64,000 nt of DNA, from the IMG/VR virus record IMGVR_UViG_3300028394_000045, positions 87,645-151,644 of that record. One strand, 5' to 3'. The translations under genes and the position numbers were made by a program. The stretch is from a virus. Shown here in pieces: positions 41,736-50,087 of the stretch. Numbering within the stretch: position 1 is the stretch's first letter; the number at the start of each line of letters is the position of its first letter. The notes beneath the pieces are model-generated. The model ran no database searches. It was not told where the DNA came from and saw only the letters and a program-made list of their open reading frames with translations.

Positions 41736-43947
41736 GTTTGATATATTCTATTCCGGACCACGACCAAATCGGTTTGCACACGAGTGCGCGGCCTGCGACC
41801 TCGAACATGCACAAAAGCTATGCCGGACTAGGTACTTTTGGTGGATCTCATACTTAGCCGACTATAGCGACTTTGATTTTGATTATGAGCCGGTTCCGTG
41901 GCAAAGCGAATACACACATGTGTGGCCCAGCCAACATCACGAGTACTCGGGCACGTATCTTGTGCCGGCAGCCGGAGAAATAAAATATCATTTCCACAGC
42001 CGGATCGTACCGAACAAAAGCCATCCAACTTCATTCCATAGTTTGACTGATGCAGACTTTGATCTAACTTGGGCACCACACCCGCATGATCCACCTTACA
42101 TATATGTGTTTGGCAATCAATGGTACCCGGCCAACATAATGCCTACAATAGAATATTATGTACCTGGCGCTACTGAACGCAAGTACATGGATCTGCCTCG
42201 GGCTCGATTGCCTGTTAGGCAGGATGATCATTGGCATACCCTGACCGAATGTGAATGGGACTATAGCTGGGTGCCCGATCCTGGTGACCCGCCGCTGATC
42301 TATGTGTTTGGCAATCAGTGGTGGCCTGCAGAGAAGATGCCCACCGTGGAGTATCATGTGCCAGGCGCCACTGACCGCAAATACATGACCTGGCCCAGAG
42401 CTCAACTGCTACCAGATCAGTCACGCTGGTCTGTTCCACCCAATATCGCGGGTGTGGATCTCAGTTGGGTGCCCGATCCTGGCGAACCTGCTTACATCTA
42501 TCAGTTTGCTACACAGCATCAAAAGACCGGCGGACCTGTTTATACCATGCCCGGTGCCACAGAGGTCAAGTACCTAGCTGAGTTAAAAATACGCACTGTG
42601 GGCAATGCCACAGCTATCTATGAGATAGATCATCTAGATGGCTGCGCAGGAAATATACCCAATGTCACACGGCGCATAAGATACTTTGACAACTACAGAG
42701 ACACCTTGATACGCCTGGCCAACAGCATAGGCGGCGAACACGAATACGTGTGGGTATGCAGCAGCATCTGTGATTATACTGACTTTGACTTCTCCTGGCA
42801 CCCCGAACAATGGCAGAGCACCATGTTGCATGTGTTTGCCAGCGATGAGCAGAAGTTTGGTGACACATTCTTCATGCATGTGCCCACCTTTTCCAAGTCG
42901 GCAGAACACAAAGCCTTGCTGGAATGGTATGATCTAAACTTCGTTGGTCAACTGATGTCGGTGCCACGCAGGCCCATGCCTATCATTGAGCACAACAACG
43001 ACAGCCATGTTGATATGGTCAAAACTCAAGACTTTGCCGGACCTTTGGCTATTTTTTCAACCGGGCGTAGCATCAGTAAAGGATTAAGACCACCGGCTGT
43101 GGCATTGTGGAGAGAAAAGACCAAGACTATTGTGCCATTGAGTCCAGGTGCCGACGGGGTAATCGTTCCCAAGGTCGCGATTCCCTACATAAAGACACAG
43201 CTATATGATTATCCCAACATAGACAAAACACATCGCGATGATCGAACTGATCAAGAGTCAGATGTGATCTTTATCAGCAATGGGGAAAGCATGGCCGATG
43301 CCAACTGGCAACAGTTGTTGGGCCTGTGCGGCTGTGCTCGACGCAGCAACGGAGTTACCGGCAGAGAAGCTGCATACAAAGCCGCTGCTGAACTCAGTAC
43401 AACTCCTTGGTTTTTTGCTGTGTTTGCCAAAACAGAAGTGTTGCCTGATTTTAAATTTGACTACCAGCCCGACCGCATGCAACAACCCAAGCACTATATT
43501 TTCCACAGCCGTAATCCTGTGAATGATCTAGAGTACGGCGCCATGAATATCAACTTGTACAATCGTCAGTTGGTACTGGACACACAACCAGGTCTGGATT
43601 TTACCTTGAGTGCGGCACATGAGGTGGTACCCATCTGTGCCAGCATATCTAGATTCAACACCGACCCATGGGTGACCTGGCGTAGTGCATTTAGGGAAGT
43701 GTTAAAGCTACAGAGAGAAGTAGATCAAGGTGCAGATATTGAAATACAATATCGTCTCCACACCTGGCTCACAGTGGCACATGGTGAAAATGCCCAGTGG
43801 TGTTTGCAAGGTGCAGCCGACGCACAAAGATATTACCAATCTGTCAATGGCGATTATGCCGGTTTGAAACTGAGCTTTGATTGGGCCTGGCTACAAGACT
43901 ATTATTACAGTTTGTATCACCAACGGCCCTGGTTAGAATCTATCTAA
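41734..43947 (+). CDS. Multidomain glycosyltransferase-like protein with internal repeats
   Basis: Three DF(D/K)F(D/S)(Y/W)xP modules, three 66-aa tandem repeats, and a C-terminal domain resembling 24407..25330 (TWRSAFREVLK, ENAQWCLQGA). Confidence 0.55.
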   Translation: MFDIFYSGPRPNRFAHECAACDLEHAQKLCRTRYFWWISYLADYSDFDFDYEPVPWQSEYTHVWPSQHHEYSGTYLVPAAGEIKYHFHSRIVPNKSHPTSFHSLTDADFDLTWAPHPHDPPYIYVFGNQWYPANIMPTIEYYVPGATERKYMDLPRARLPVRQDDHWHTLTECEWDYSWVPDPGDPPLIYVFGNQWWPAEKMPTVEYHVPGATDRKYMTWPRAQLLPDQSRWSVPPNIAGVDLSWVPDPGEPAYIYQFATQHQKTGGPVYTMPGATEVKYLAELKIRTVGNATAIYEIDHLDGCAGNIPNVTRRIRYFDNYRDTLIRLANSIGGEHEYVWVCSSICDYTDFDFSWHPEQWQSTMLHVFASDEQKFGDTFFMHVPTFSKSAEHKALLEWYDLNFVGQLMSVPRRPMPIIEHNNDSHVDMVKTQDFAGPLAIFSTGRSISKGLRPPAVALWREKTKTIVPLSPGADGVIVPKVAIPYIKTQLYDYPNIDKTHRDDRTDQESDVIFISNGESMADANWQQLLGLCGCARRSNGVTGREAAYKAAAELSTTPWFFAVFAKTEVLPDFKFDYQPDRMQQPKHYIFHSRNPVNDLEYGAMNINLYNRQLVLDTQPGLDFTLSAAHEVVPICASISRFNTDPWVTWRSAFREVLKLQREVDQGADIEIQYRLHTWLTVAHGENAQWCLQGAADAQRYYQSVNGDYAGLKLSFDWAWLQDYYYSLYHQRPWLESI
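42058..42580 (+). repeat. Three tandem 198-nt (66-aa) intragenic repeats
   Basis: Units start at 42058, 42256 and 42454 (xDxxWxPxPxxPxxIYxF...PGATxxKY). Shared DNA TATGTGTTTGGCAATCA and TGGGTGCCCGATCCTGG. Confidence 0.85.
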
Positions 43948-44889
43948 ATAAGGCTGTGCGAGCAGCCAATCAAGGTATTCAGGGATACCTTGCTCAATGT
44001 CTATAGTAGGATTCCAATCAGTGAGATTGCGTAATTTATTGCTGTTCAATGTATCACGGTTTGGATAAAAACTATCGTGAGGCAAGCAGTCAATCCCGCT
44101 GGGAATACGATGTTGTATGATTTCAGCAGCTTCCAAGATACGCCGACCGTGGCCCCTTGTGCAGTTAAAAATCTCATTGGCACAATTGGCATGTGTGGCA
44201 GCCGTGGCAAAGGCAGCAGCAACATCGGTGACCCAGCTAAAATCCAACCGATTGTCTGGACCATGCACCTGTATCCGACCTTGAGACAGTGCAGCCACTG
44301 CCATTTTTGATATCACACGCACCACAGTATCTCTGGTACCGTACAATGCACTGGGTCTGAGGATACTGTATTCTAACCCGTGTTCTTTGTGCCAGATTTT
44401 ACACATCTGCTCACATTGAAGTTTGTAACTGCCATACAGAGTCAACGGATTACACACAGCAGTTTCATCTGGAGCAGCAGACCCAAACTCTCCATACACC
44501 ATGCTGCTGCTGGCCAGCACAAATCTTTTCACATGGTGTTTAACACACAGATCCAATGCTATGGCTGTGGCAGTTATCATGTTTTCTGTAGCGTCAATCA
44601 CATTGCGCTTGACCATCTTGGCATTGGGATAGGTGGCTAGATCGATCACCACATCAAACGATTGTGCAGCAAACACGGCCTGCATGAATTCAATGTCGGT
44701 GACATCACCAAACAAAAATCGATGCGCTGGCATGTAGATAAGACGTTGTTCAATTATGGGGTTGTATTCCCACTCGGGATAGTCTCCATAAGTGTGATGT
44801 CGGTCTACCACTGTGATATTGTGATCCGCCAAGGCCCGGGCTGTGTGATGTCCGATGAATCCGTGGCCGCCTAGTATCAATATGTTCAT
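43933..44889 (-). CDS. NAD-dependent epimerase/dehydratase (extended SDR)
   Basis: GGHGFIG, SSSMVYG, YGSYK (YxxxK). Confidence 0.92.
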   Translation of the reverse strand: MNILILGGHGFIGHHTARALADHNITVVDRHHTYGDYPEWEYNPIIEQRLIYMPAHRFLFGDVTDIEFMQAVFAAQSFDVVIDLATYPNAKMVKRNVIDATENMITATAIALDLCVKHHVKRFVLASSSMVYGEFGSAAPDETAVCNPLTLYGSYKLQCEQMCKIWHKEHGLEYSILRPSALYGTRDTVVRVISKMAVAALSQGRIQVHGPDNRLDFSWVTDVAAAFATAATHANCANEIFNCTRGHGRRILEAAEIIQHRIPSGIDCLPHDSFYPNRDTLNSNKLRNLTDWNPTIDIEQGIPEYLDWLLAQPYLDRF

Positions 44890-45917
44890 GCCAACAGCTT
44901 TCCTATGTGTTCTACTTCTGCATCGTTCAATGTGTGTTGATTGGGCACACTAAAACTGATTGTGCCGAGACGATCACTGTTGGCGGCCACACCCGGGTAC
45001 AACCATTCATGGTGTATTGGCAGTTGATAGTGTACAGCACACTCTATTCCAGCATCTCGAAGTGCTGTCATGGTGTGATCTCTGGTGTCTGATTGAAACA
45101 CCAACTTGCTGTAAGTGTGTTGTTGTAGATGTTGTTGCATGCCTGATTGATATTTACTCTGGCCCAGGAGATATTGGGCTATTTTGGTTCTGCGTGTCTG
45201 CCAGGAGCCGGAATGATCTAATCCGGTCCATATGCAGGCTGCTTCAAAACTGCTGATCATGCTGTTGAGTCCAGGGTCAACAGCAAGATCCGAGTTGCGA
45301 GTCTTGCCGTGTAATCTTAATAGTCGGCACGATTCAGCAATATTCGCATCGTCTGTGAGCACAGCACCACCACTGCCCCAACTGCTGATGGGTTTGCTAG
45401 GAGCAAAGCTCACGCAGCCGATTGTGCCATTTTTGGCACTCCAGCAGCGACCATCGTGGCTTTCCAGACTTTGTGCAGCGTCGCTGATTACAGGAATCCC
45501 CAGTCGATCTAGTGACCGCCATTGGCTCATATTACCAAATATATCAACAGCCACCACAGCGGCACAATCAGAAATTTTTCCCACATCAATACAATAGTCA
45601 TCACCCACATCCACAGGCACAACTTCATGCCCGGCCCGTGCCACCGCATGTGCTGTGGCTGTGAATGTGTAACTGCTCACCGCCACACGGGACCGTGGTG
45701 GAAGATTCAATGCTTTGACAGACAAAAACAATGCATCGGTGCAGTTGGCAGTGGTCACACAATACTTGCGGTCAAACTGCCGAGCCAGTCTCTGTTCTAA
45801 TTTTTTTACCAGCTCGCTATTCTGTGCCAAGCCCTGTGCATGATCTTGCTCGACTAGATGCCATACCTGTTCGCGTATGATTTCCCAGTTTCGTTTATTT
45901 TGAAATAACGTGATCAT
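44886..45917 (-). CDS. DegT/DnrJ/EryC1/StrS PLP-dependent sugar aminotransferase
   Basis: NCTDAL, TFTATA, SDAAQS, SFAPSK (Schiff-base Lys), GSGGAVLT. Confidence 0.92.
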   Translation of the reverse strand: MITLFQNKRNWEIIREQVWHLVEQDHAQGLAQNSELVKKLEQRLARQFDRKYCVTTANCTDALFLSVKALNLPPRSRVAVSSYTFTATAHAVARAGHEVVPVDVGDDYCIDVGKISDCAAVVAVDIFGNMSQWRSLDRLGIPVISDAAQSLESHDGRCWSAKNGTIGCVSFAPSKPISSWGSGGAVLTDDANIAESCRLLRLHGKTRNSDLAVDPGLNSMISSFEAACIWTGLDHSGSWQTRRTKIAQYLLGQSKYQSGMQQHLQQHTYSKLVFQSDTRDHTMTALRDAGIECAVHYQLPIHHEWLYPGVAANSDRLGTISFSVPNQHTLNDAEVEHIGKLLA

Positions 45918-45918
45918 G

Positions 45919-46539
45919 CTAGAAATAATTGTTTATCACAGTGAATGCTTCTGCTAACGACTGGTGATTTCGTTGGGCCCAGTATTGGTTGGTCACACGT
46001 ATGTGCTCTATGTGTTCGGGATCGAGATAACTTCCGTAGCACATCAATAAACTTTTTTTGAATTCCCAATGATCTTGTATTTCTACAAACAGATTTGGAG
46101 CAGCTGAATGATAATGACAATACGGCCAATGATGCATGATCCAAACTTGCTTGGCCAATTTCTTCACAGCAGGAAACGCTAGATGATAGGTATTCGCATG
46201 ATCTTGATGACTGTCTTCGGGGTTGGGCAAAATAGCAATGTCGCACGGCTCTAGCAGTTGATTGAGCTTGGACATTGTGGCATTGTCTCTGACCAAATTA
46301 GGACGACCATCAGCATGTAAATCAGTCTCGAGCACATGCAGATCAAATCCAGATTGTTGATAACTGGCAGCGAGTTCTGACTCCACTATCAGCTTGTTTC
46401 GCCCGGCGCGATCTTCGGCACTGGGACACACAGTGATCACCGAGACAACATCAGCGCCCTGCTGCTGAAACTTTCTCAACGTGCCCGAGCAAGCGATCTC
46501 GACGTCATCAGGATGTGCTGATACCACCAGTATCTTCAT
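45919..46539 (-). CDS. PIG-L/LmbE family N-deacetylase
   Basis: SAHPDDVE and DSHQDH metal-binding motifs; AEAF C-terminus. Confidence 0.9.
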   Translation of the reverse strand: MKILVVSAHPDDVEIACSGTLRKFQQQGADVVSVITVCPSAEDRAGRNKLIVESELAASYQQSGFDLHVLETDLHADGRPNLVRDNATMSKLNQLLEPCDIAILPNPEDSHQDHANTYHLAFPAVKKLAKQVWIMHHWPYCHYHSAAPNLFVEIQDHWEFKKSLLMCYGSYLDPEHIEHIRVTNQYWAQRNHQSLAEAFTVINNYF

Positions 46540-47504
46540 AGAGATTTCCAGTAAGATGAATTGCTAAGCCAGCGGTAGTAATTCTCAAATCCTTCTGCTA
46601 CATCAACCTGGGGATCATACTTCAACACAGCCCTAGCACGATCTATGTTCAAAGCACCACGTGAGGGAAAGTCGGCATCTCGGTCGCGTAGTTCGATACT
46701 GCCCTTGCCTACGATCTCAATGATCATGCCAGCAGCCTGCAATAGACTCACGCTGTGACTTCGTGTGATGTTGAATGTTCGACACTCGCCCACAAATGTC
46801 GTAGCAGCAGCCACGATACCATCAGCAGCATCATCCACATAAGTGAAGTCTAGTGTTTCACCAGATCCGTTGACCCGGAGCACGCCGCCGCGCATTGCTG
46901 CAAGCATGAATTTGGAGACGACTCGGTCTTCCACGTCGAGCGGGCCATAAACAGCACTGGGACGGATAATAATGTGATCAAAACAACCACGGCGAGCATA
47001 GTCTTTAACAAGGTTTTCTCCTGCAAGTTTCATAATGCCATATTGGCCTTGTGGCCTACATACAGCGTCTTCAGTGACATCGTTCTCAAAGTCACCATAC
47101 ACCATTGAGCTGGAAATATACACAACTCGGTTCACTTTGTGTTTTTTGGCACCCTCGAGCACATTGATCAAGCCTTCCATCATCACACGAGCACCCCATG
47201 CAGGGTCGGCGTTGACAACTTTCTGTCGTGGAAATGACGCCATGTGTATCACAACATCGGGCTGTTCAATCTCAAATATATCATCAATGGATTCTCTATC
47301 GCAGATATCTCGATTATACAAGCGACTTGGTGATAGTTGGATCTTCTTCAGTCTTTCAGCCATCAAGTAGTCAAGTTCTGCCTGTGGGATCATTCCGTAT
47401 GTGGTTCGATTATCAATCACGCTTGCGGTGTGGCCTTGTGCTTGTAGTCGTTTGACCACATTGTGACCTATCAGGCCAAGCCCGCCTGTGACCAGTATTT
47501 TCAT
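46536..47504 (-). CDS. NAD-dependent epimerase/dehydratase (extended SDR), paralog of 43933..44889
   Basis: MKILVTGGLGLIG, SSSMVYG, YGIMK, DFTYVDD; start at 47504 (ATGA overlap). Confidence 0.92.
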   Translation of the reverse strand: MKILVTGGLGLIGHNVVKRLQAQGHTASVIDNRTTYGMIPQAELDYLMAERLKKIQLSPSRLYNRDICDRESIDDIFEIEQPDVVIHMASFPRQKVVNADPAWGARVMMEGLINVLEGAKKHKVNRVVYISSSMVYGDFENDVTEDAVCRPQGQYGIMKLAGENLVKDYARRGCFDHIIIRPSAVYGPLDVEDRVVSKFMLAAMRGGVLRVNGSGETLDFTYVDDAADGIVAAATTFVGECRTFNITRSHSVSLLQAAGMIIEIVGKGSIELRDRDADFPSRGALNIDRARAVLKYDPQVDVAEGFENYYRWLSNSSYWKSL

Positions 47505-47776
47505 CTGCCCTCCCATTTCAGTCTGTAGAACATATACACCTTTTCATCCATCACGGTATATTTGCCCCACACCCATGCCCAATGACATCCATTTACAAAT
47601 TGTCCGGGCGGCCCATAAGTTTTTTCTAACCACGCATACACTTCATCGCCGAGGCGTCCTTCCAGTCTATGCTGATACATGGTGACAAATTCTGTGCCGT
47701 TCCAGATCTGTTTCTTCACAGGGGCACGAGGAACTGCGTCTCGTTCGTCTAGATATTCAACGTGTGGTGCTAACAT
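47501..47776 (-). CDS. Small hypothetical protein (C-terminal FxLK[WYF] family)
   Basis: Ends YMFYRLKWEGR; coupled ORF. Confidence 0.65.
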   Translation of the reverse strand: MLAPHVEYLDERDAVPRAPVKKQIWNGTEFVTMYQHRLEGRLGDEVYAWLEKTYGPPGQFVNGCHWAWVWGKYTVMDEKVYMFYRLKWEGR

Positions 47777-48104
47777 ACTTCAGTGTGTAAAAAGTTTGAT
47801 CGGATTCTTTCATGCGGGCCATGATGGCAAACTGATAGCCATAGTCATATGGATCCATGTGCCTGACCCACCAAGGGGACTCCATGGCATGTTCCATCAC
47901 GAATTTGCCTGCCTCAGTTTGTTGCCACGCATGTATGGGTTGAGCAGCGTACAGCACAGGATCTTCTACATCTCCCATGCGGAATCTATGCACAACCATG
48001 TCCGACACTTTCACTACCTGACCATTGATGATCATGTGTTCCGGACCCTTGGCGTGTTGGTTGTATTCTTTCTCTCGTTCTAGATCTCTCAGTAGTTTGG
48101 CCAT
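47757..48104 (-). CDS. Small hypothetical protein (C-terminal FxLK[WYF] family)
   Basis: Ends TFYTLKYVSTTR; preceded by a sigma70-like promoter. Confidence 0.7.
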   Translation of the reverse strand: MAKLLRDLEREKEYNQHAKGPEHMIINGQVVKVSDMVVHRFRMGDVEDPVLYAAQPIHAWQQTEAGKFVMEHAMESPWWVRHMDPYDYGYQFAIMARMKESDQTFYTLKYVSTTR

Positions 48105-48109
48105 ATGCT

Positions 48110-48138
48110 AGTGTAGCACACCAAGTTCTACTTTGCAA
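48110..48138 (-). promoter_or_regulatory. Sigma70-like promoter
   Basis: TTGCAA-N17-TACACT, 5 nt before the ATG at 48104. Confidence 0.5.
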
Positions 48139-48796
48139 CCAAGTCAGCTGCCATTGGGAAAATTTGAGAGATTACCTGCGCACAGGCCACAGCAACTTCT
48201 TGATGTTCTTTCTGTGTGCCATTGGCACTGCGCAGTTCAATGAAGTGGATCCATGATCTCAGGGTACCATTCATGTACAGTTTGCTGACTGTGTTGCCTT
48301 CGGGCAAGATGGCTCTGGCTTGTTCTTTGGCAATGCCCAGTTCGATAGCACGGGCATAGTGCTTGCGGACTAGATCGATGATCTCTTGCTGGGCACTGTC
48401 CCACCACAATTCAAGATCTTCGTTGTGAGTCTCTATGCTGTTTTGTCTATTTTTGGTGTCTTGAAGTCTAGCAGCCCTGAGTACAAAACTGAGATCCTTC
48501 GTTGGATCAGCATAGCGTTGGCTGAACTCTTGGAATGAGAAACTTCTGTGACGGAGTATTTGCCGGGCAATGTCTCGGGTTGTGGTGATTTCCAAGCAGG
48601 CTGAGACCATTTCAAGGGGACTCCAGTGCTGGTGTTTGACCAAGTATCTGATGAGTTTTTCTGAAGTTTCGGTATTGAGCTGATTGGAGGGATTGCTGAC
48701 ACGGGCGCAGTAAGCGATGAGCTCTTGTGCATCATCGATGCCCAGTTCTGCGAACTCCGCAGTTGGTTGTGAGTGACTGAGTAATTTAACATTCAT
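48128..48796 (-). CDS. thyX: Flavin-dependent thymidylate synthase
   Basis: ARVS, HWSPLEM, RHRSFSFQEFSQRY signature, EQARAILP, LRSWIHF. Confidence 0.96.
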   Translation of the reverse strand: MNVKLLSHSQPTAEFAELGIDDAQELIAYCARVSNPSNQLNTETSEKLIRYLVKHQHWSPLEMVSACLEITTTRDIARQILRHRSFSFQEFSQRYADPTKDLSFVLRAARLQDTKNRQNSIETHNEDLELWWDSAQQEIIDLVRKHYARAIELGIAKEQARAILPEGNTVSKLYMNGTLRSWIHFIELRSANGTQKEHQEVAVACAQVISQIFPMAADLVAK

Positions 48797-49095
48797 AGAT
48801 CTTTTAGTAGCTTATCTGTCTCTGGCTGGACCATGTTGGCCACAGCACTGACATCGACAACAAAATCGACATCACGCACCGACTGACCCAATTCAGTCAG
48901 TGTGCGGTTGAGAACAATCTCAATTTCGTCTGTATCCAGACCCTGGCGCCGTAGTGTTTGCATGTTGATGGTCTTTTGTTTTCTACCATCTATCTTGATC
49001 ACAACCTTCTTGAGACATTCCAGCGGCACCTCGGTCATGGATACTTCATTGATAATATGTTCCCATCTAACCAAGAACTCATCACTGAACGGCAT
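48793..49095 (-). CDS. Hypothetical protein
   Basis: 100-aa coupled ORF. Confidence 0.7.
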   Translation of the reverse strand: MPFSDEFLVRWEHIINEVSMTEVPLECLKKVVIKIDGRKQKTINMQTLRRQGLDTDEIEIVLNRTLTELGQSVRDVDFVVDVSAVANMVQPETDKLLKDL

Positions 49096-49828
49096 CTGAC
49101 GTTACTGGCTTGGCTTTGCTAGGGCGACCTTTTTTGGGTGCAGCGGGCACAGCAACAGTTTGTGCGACAACTATTTCAGGCCCATTCTTCACGCCGGGGA
49201 ACATGCGCTGTGCATCTTTCTTCATGCGAGCAGCTTCATTTACCATGCTCTTGGCTTCGATCTCCATGCGCTTGGCCTGTGCCAGCATGTTGTGAGCTAA
49301 TGCTTTGTCATCCAAGGCACCGTCGGCACTGGCCATGAGTGGAGCCACAGGTGGTGTGGCTGTGGTCTGTTGCGCACGTTCTTGGCTGCGCTTGTATTCG
49401 GCCTCGGCCTTGCGCTTCTGTGCAGGATCTACAAATCCTGTGTTCTTGTCAATCTCTTGCAGACGTTTGAGTGCGTCTGCACCTGATTCCATCTCACGGA
49501 TGATCTTGTTCATCTCATCCAGCTTGACCGAACTTTGCGCAGTTGGGGTCACGATGATCTGTGCAGTAGGCACCTTCTTGATCATGCCTTCTTTGTGCAA
49601 TGCTTCCAGTTGTGGTCGGCCATCTGGCAACAGATTGCGGTGCAATACTTCGCTCAATTGTGTGGCAGCTTGCCCAGGAGCACTTTCCAGCGTGGACATA
49701 ATGCTCTGATGAATATGGGTGGGCAATGTATCTGGATAGATCACAAGGCACATGTGCTCTTCATTTGGCACTTCTCTAAATAGTATGGCGACCTTGCGAT
49801 CACCGTGGCGTCCGATATGTTTAAGCAT
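49082..49828 (-). CDS. Hypothetical protein with coiled coil and basic tail
   Basis: AAGGAG SD before MLKHIGRH (start 49828); ends PKKGRPSKAK. Confidence 0.75.
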   Translation of the reverse strand: MLKHIGRHGDRKVAILFREVPNEEHMCLVIYPDTLPTHIHQSIMSTLESAPGQAATQLSEVLHRNLLPDGRPQLEALHKEGMIKKVPTAQIIVTPTAQSSVKLDEMNKIIREMESGADALKRLQEIDKNTGFVDPAQKRKAEAEYKRSQERAQQTTATPPVAPLMASADGALDDKALAHNMLAQAKRMEIEAKSMVNEAARMKKDAQRMFPGVKNGPEIVVAQTVAVPAAPKKGRPSKAKPVTSDAVQ

Positions 49829-50018
49829 GAGGCTCTCCTTGTGGATTTGGTTGCTCGGGAACAGGAGCAGTGGATACTGCCAGAAAGGCAGTGAGTTTGT
49901 CATAGATACCGCCCACCAAGGTCATCTCGTTGCCACGTATGGCGCCGCGATTGATCACTGTGTCCAGTATGACTTTGATTGACGCTAGGTCTGCAATGGT
50001 TAGTTGGTTGTCGTTCAT
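49821..50018 (-). CDS. Small hypothetical protein
   Basis: 65 aa; TAAATA motif 5 nt upstream. Confidence 0.7.
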   Translation of the reverse strand: MNDNQLTIADLASIKVILDTVINRGAIRGNEMTLVGGIYDKLTAFLAVSTAPVPEQPNPQGEPHA

Positions 50019-50023
50019 ATAGA

Positions 50024-50029
50024 TATTTA
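50024..50029 (-). promoter_or_regulatory. TAAATA late-promoter-like motif
   Basis: Immediately downstream of a terminator and upstream of the ATG at 50018. Confidence 0.5.
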
Positions 50030-50030
50030 C

Positions 50031-50069
50031 AAAAGAAAATGCCCTGAGATAAATTTCTCAGGGCATTTT
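50031..50069 (-). terminator. Intrinsic terminator
   Basis: 14-bp inverted repeat AAAATGCCCTGAGA/TCTCAGGGCATTTT with a T-rich tail on the - strand. Confidence 0.8.
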
Positions 50070-50087
50070 GGACAAACTCGTCGGGAG

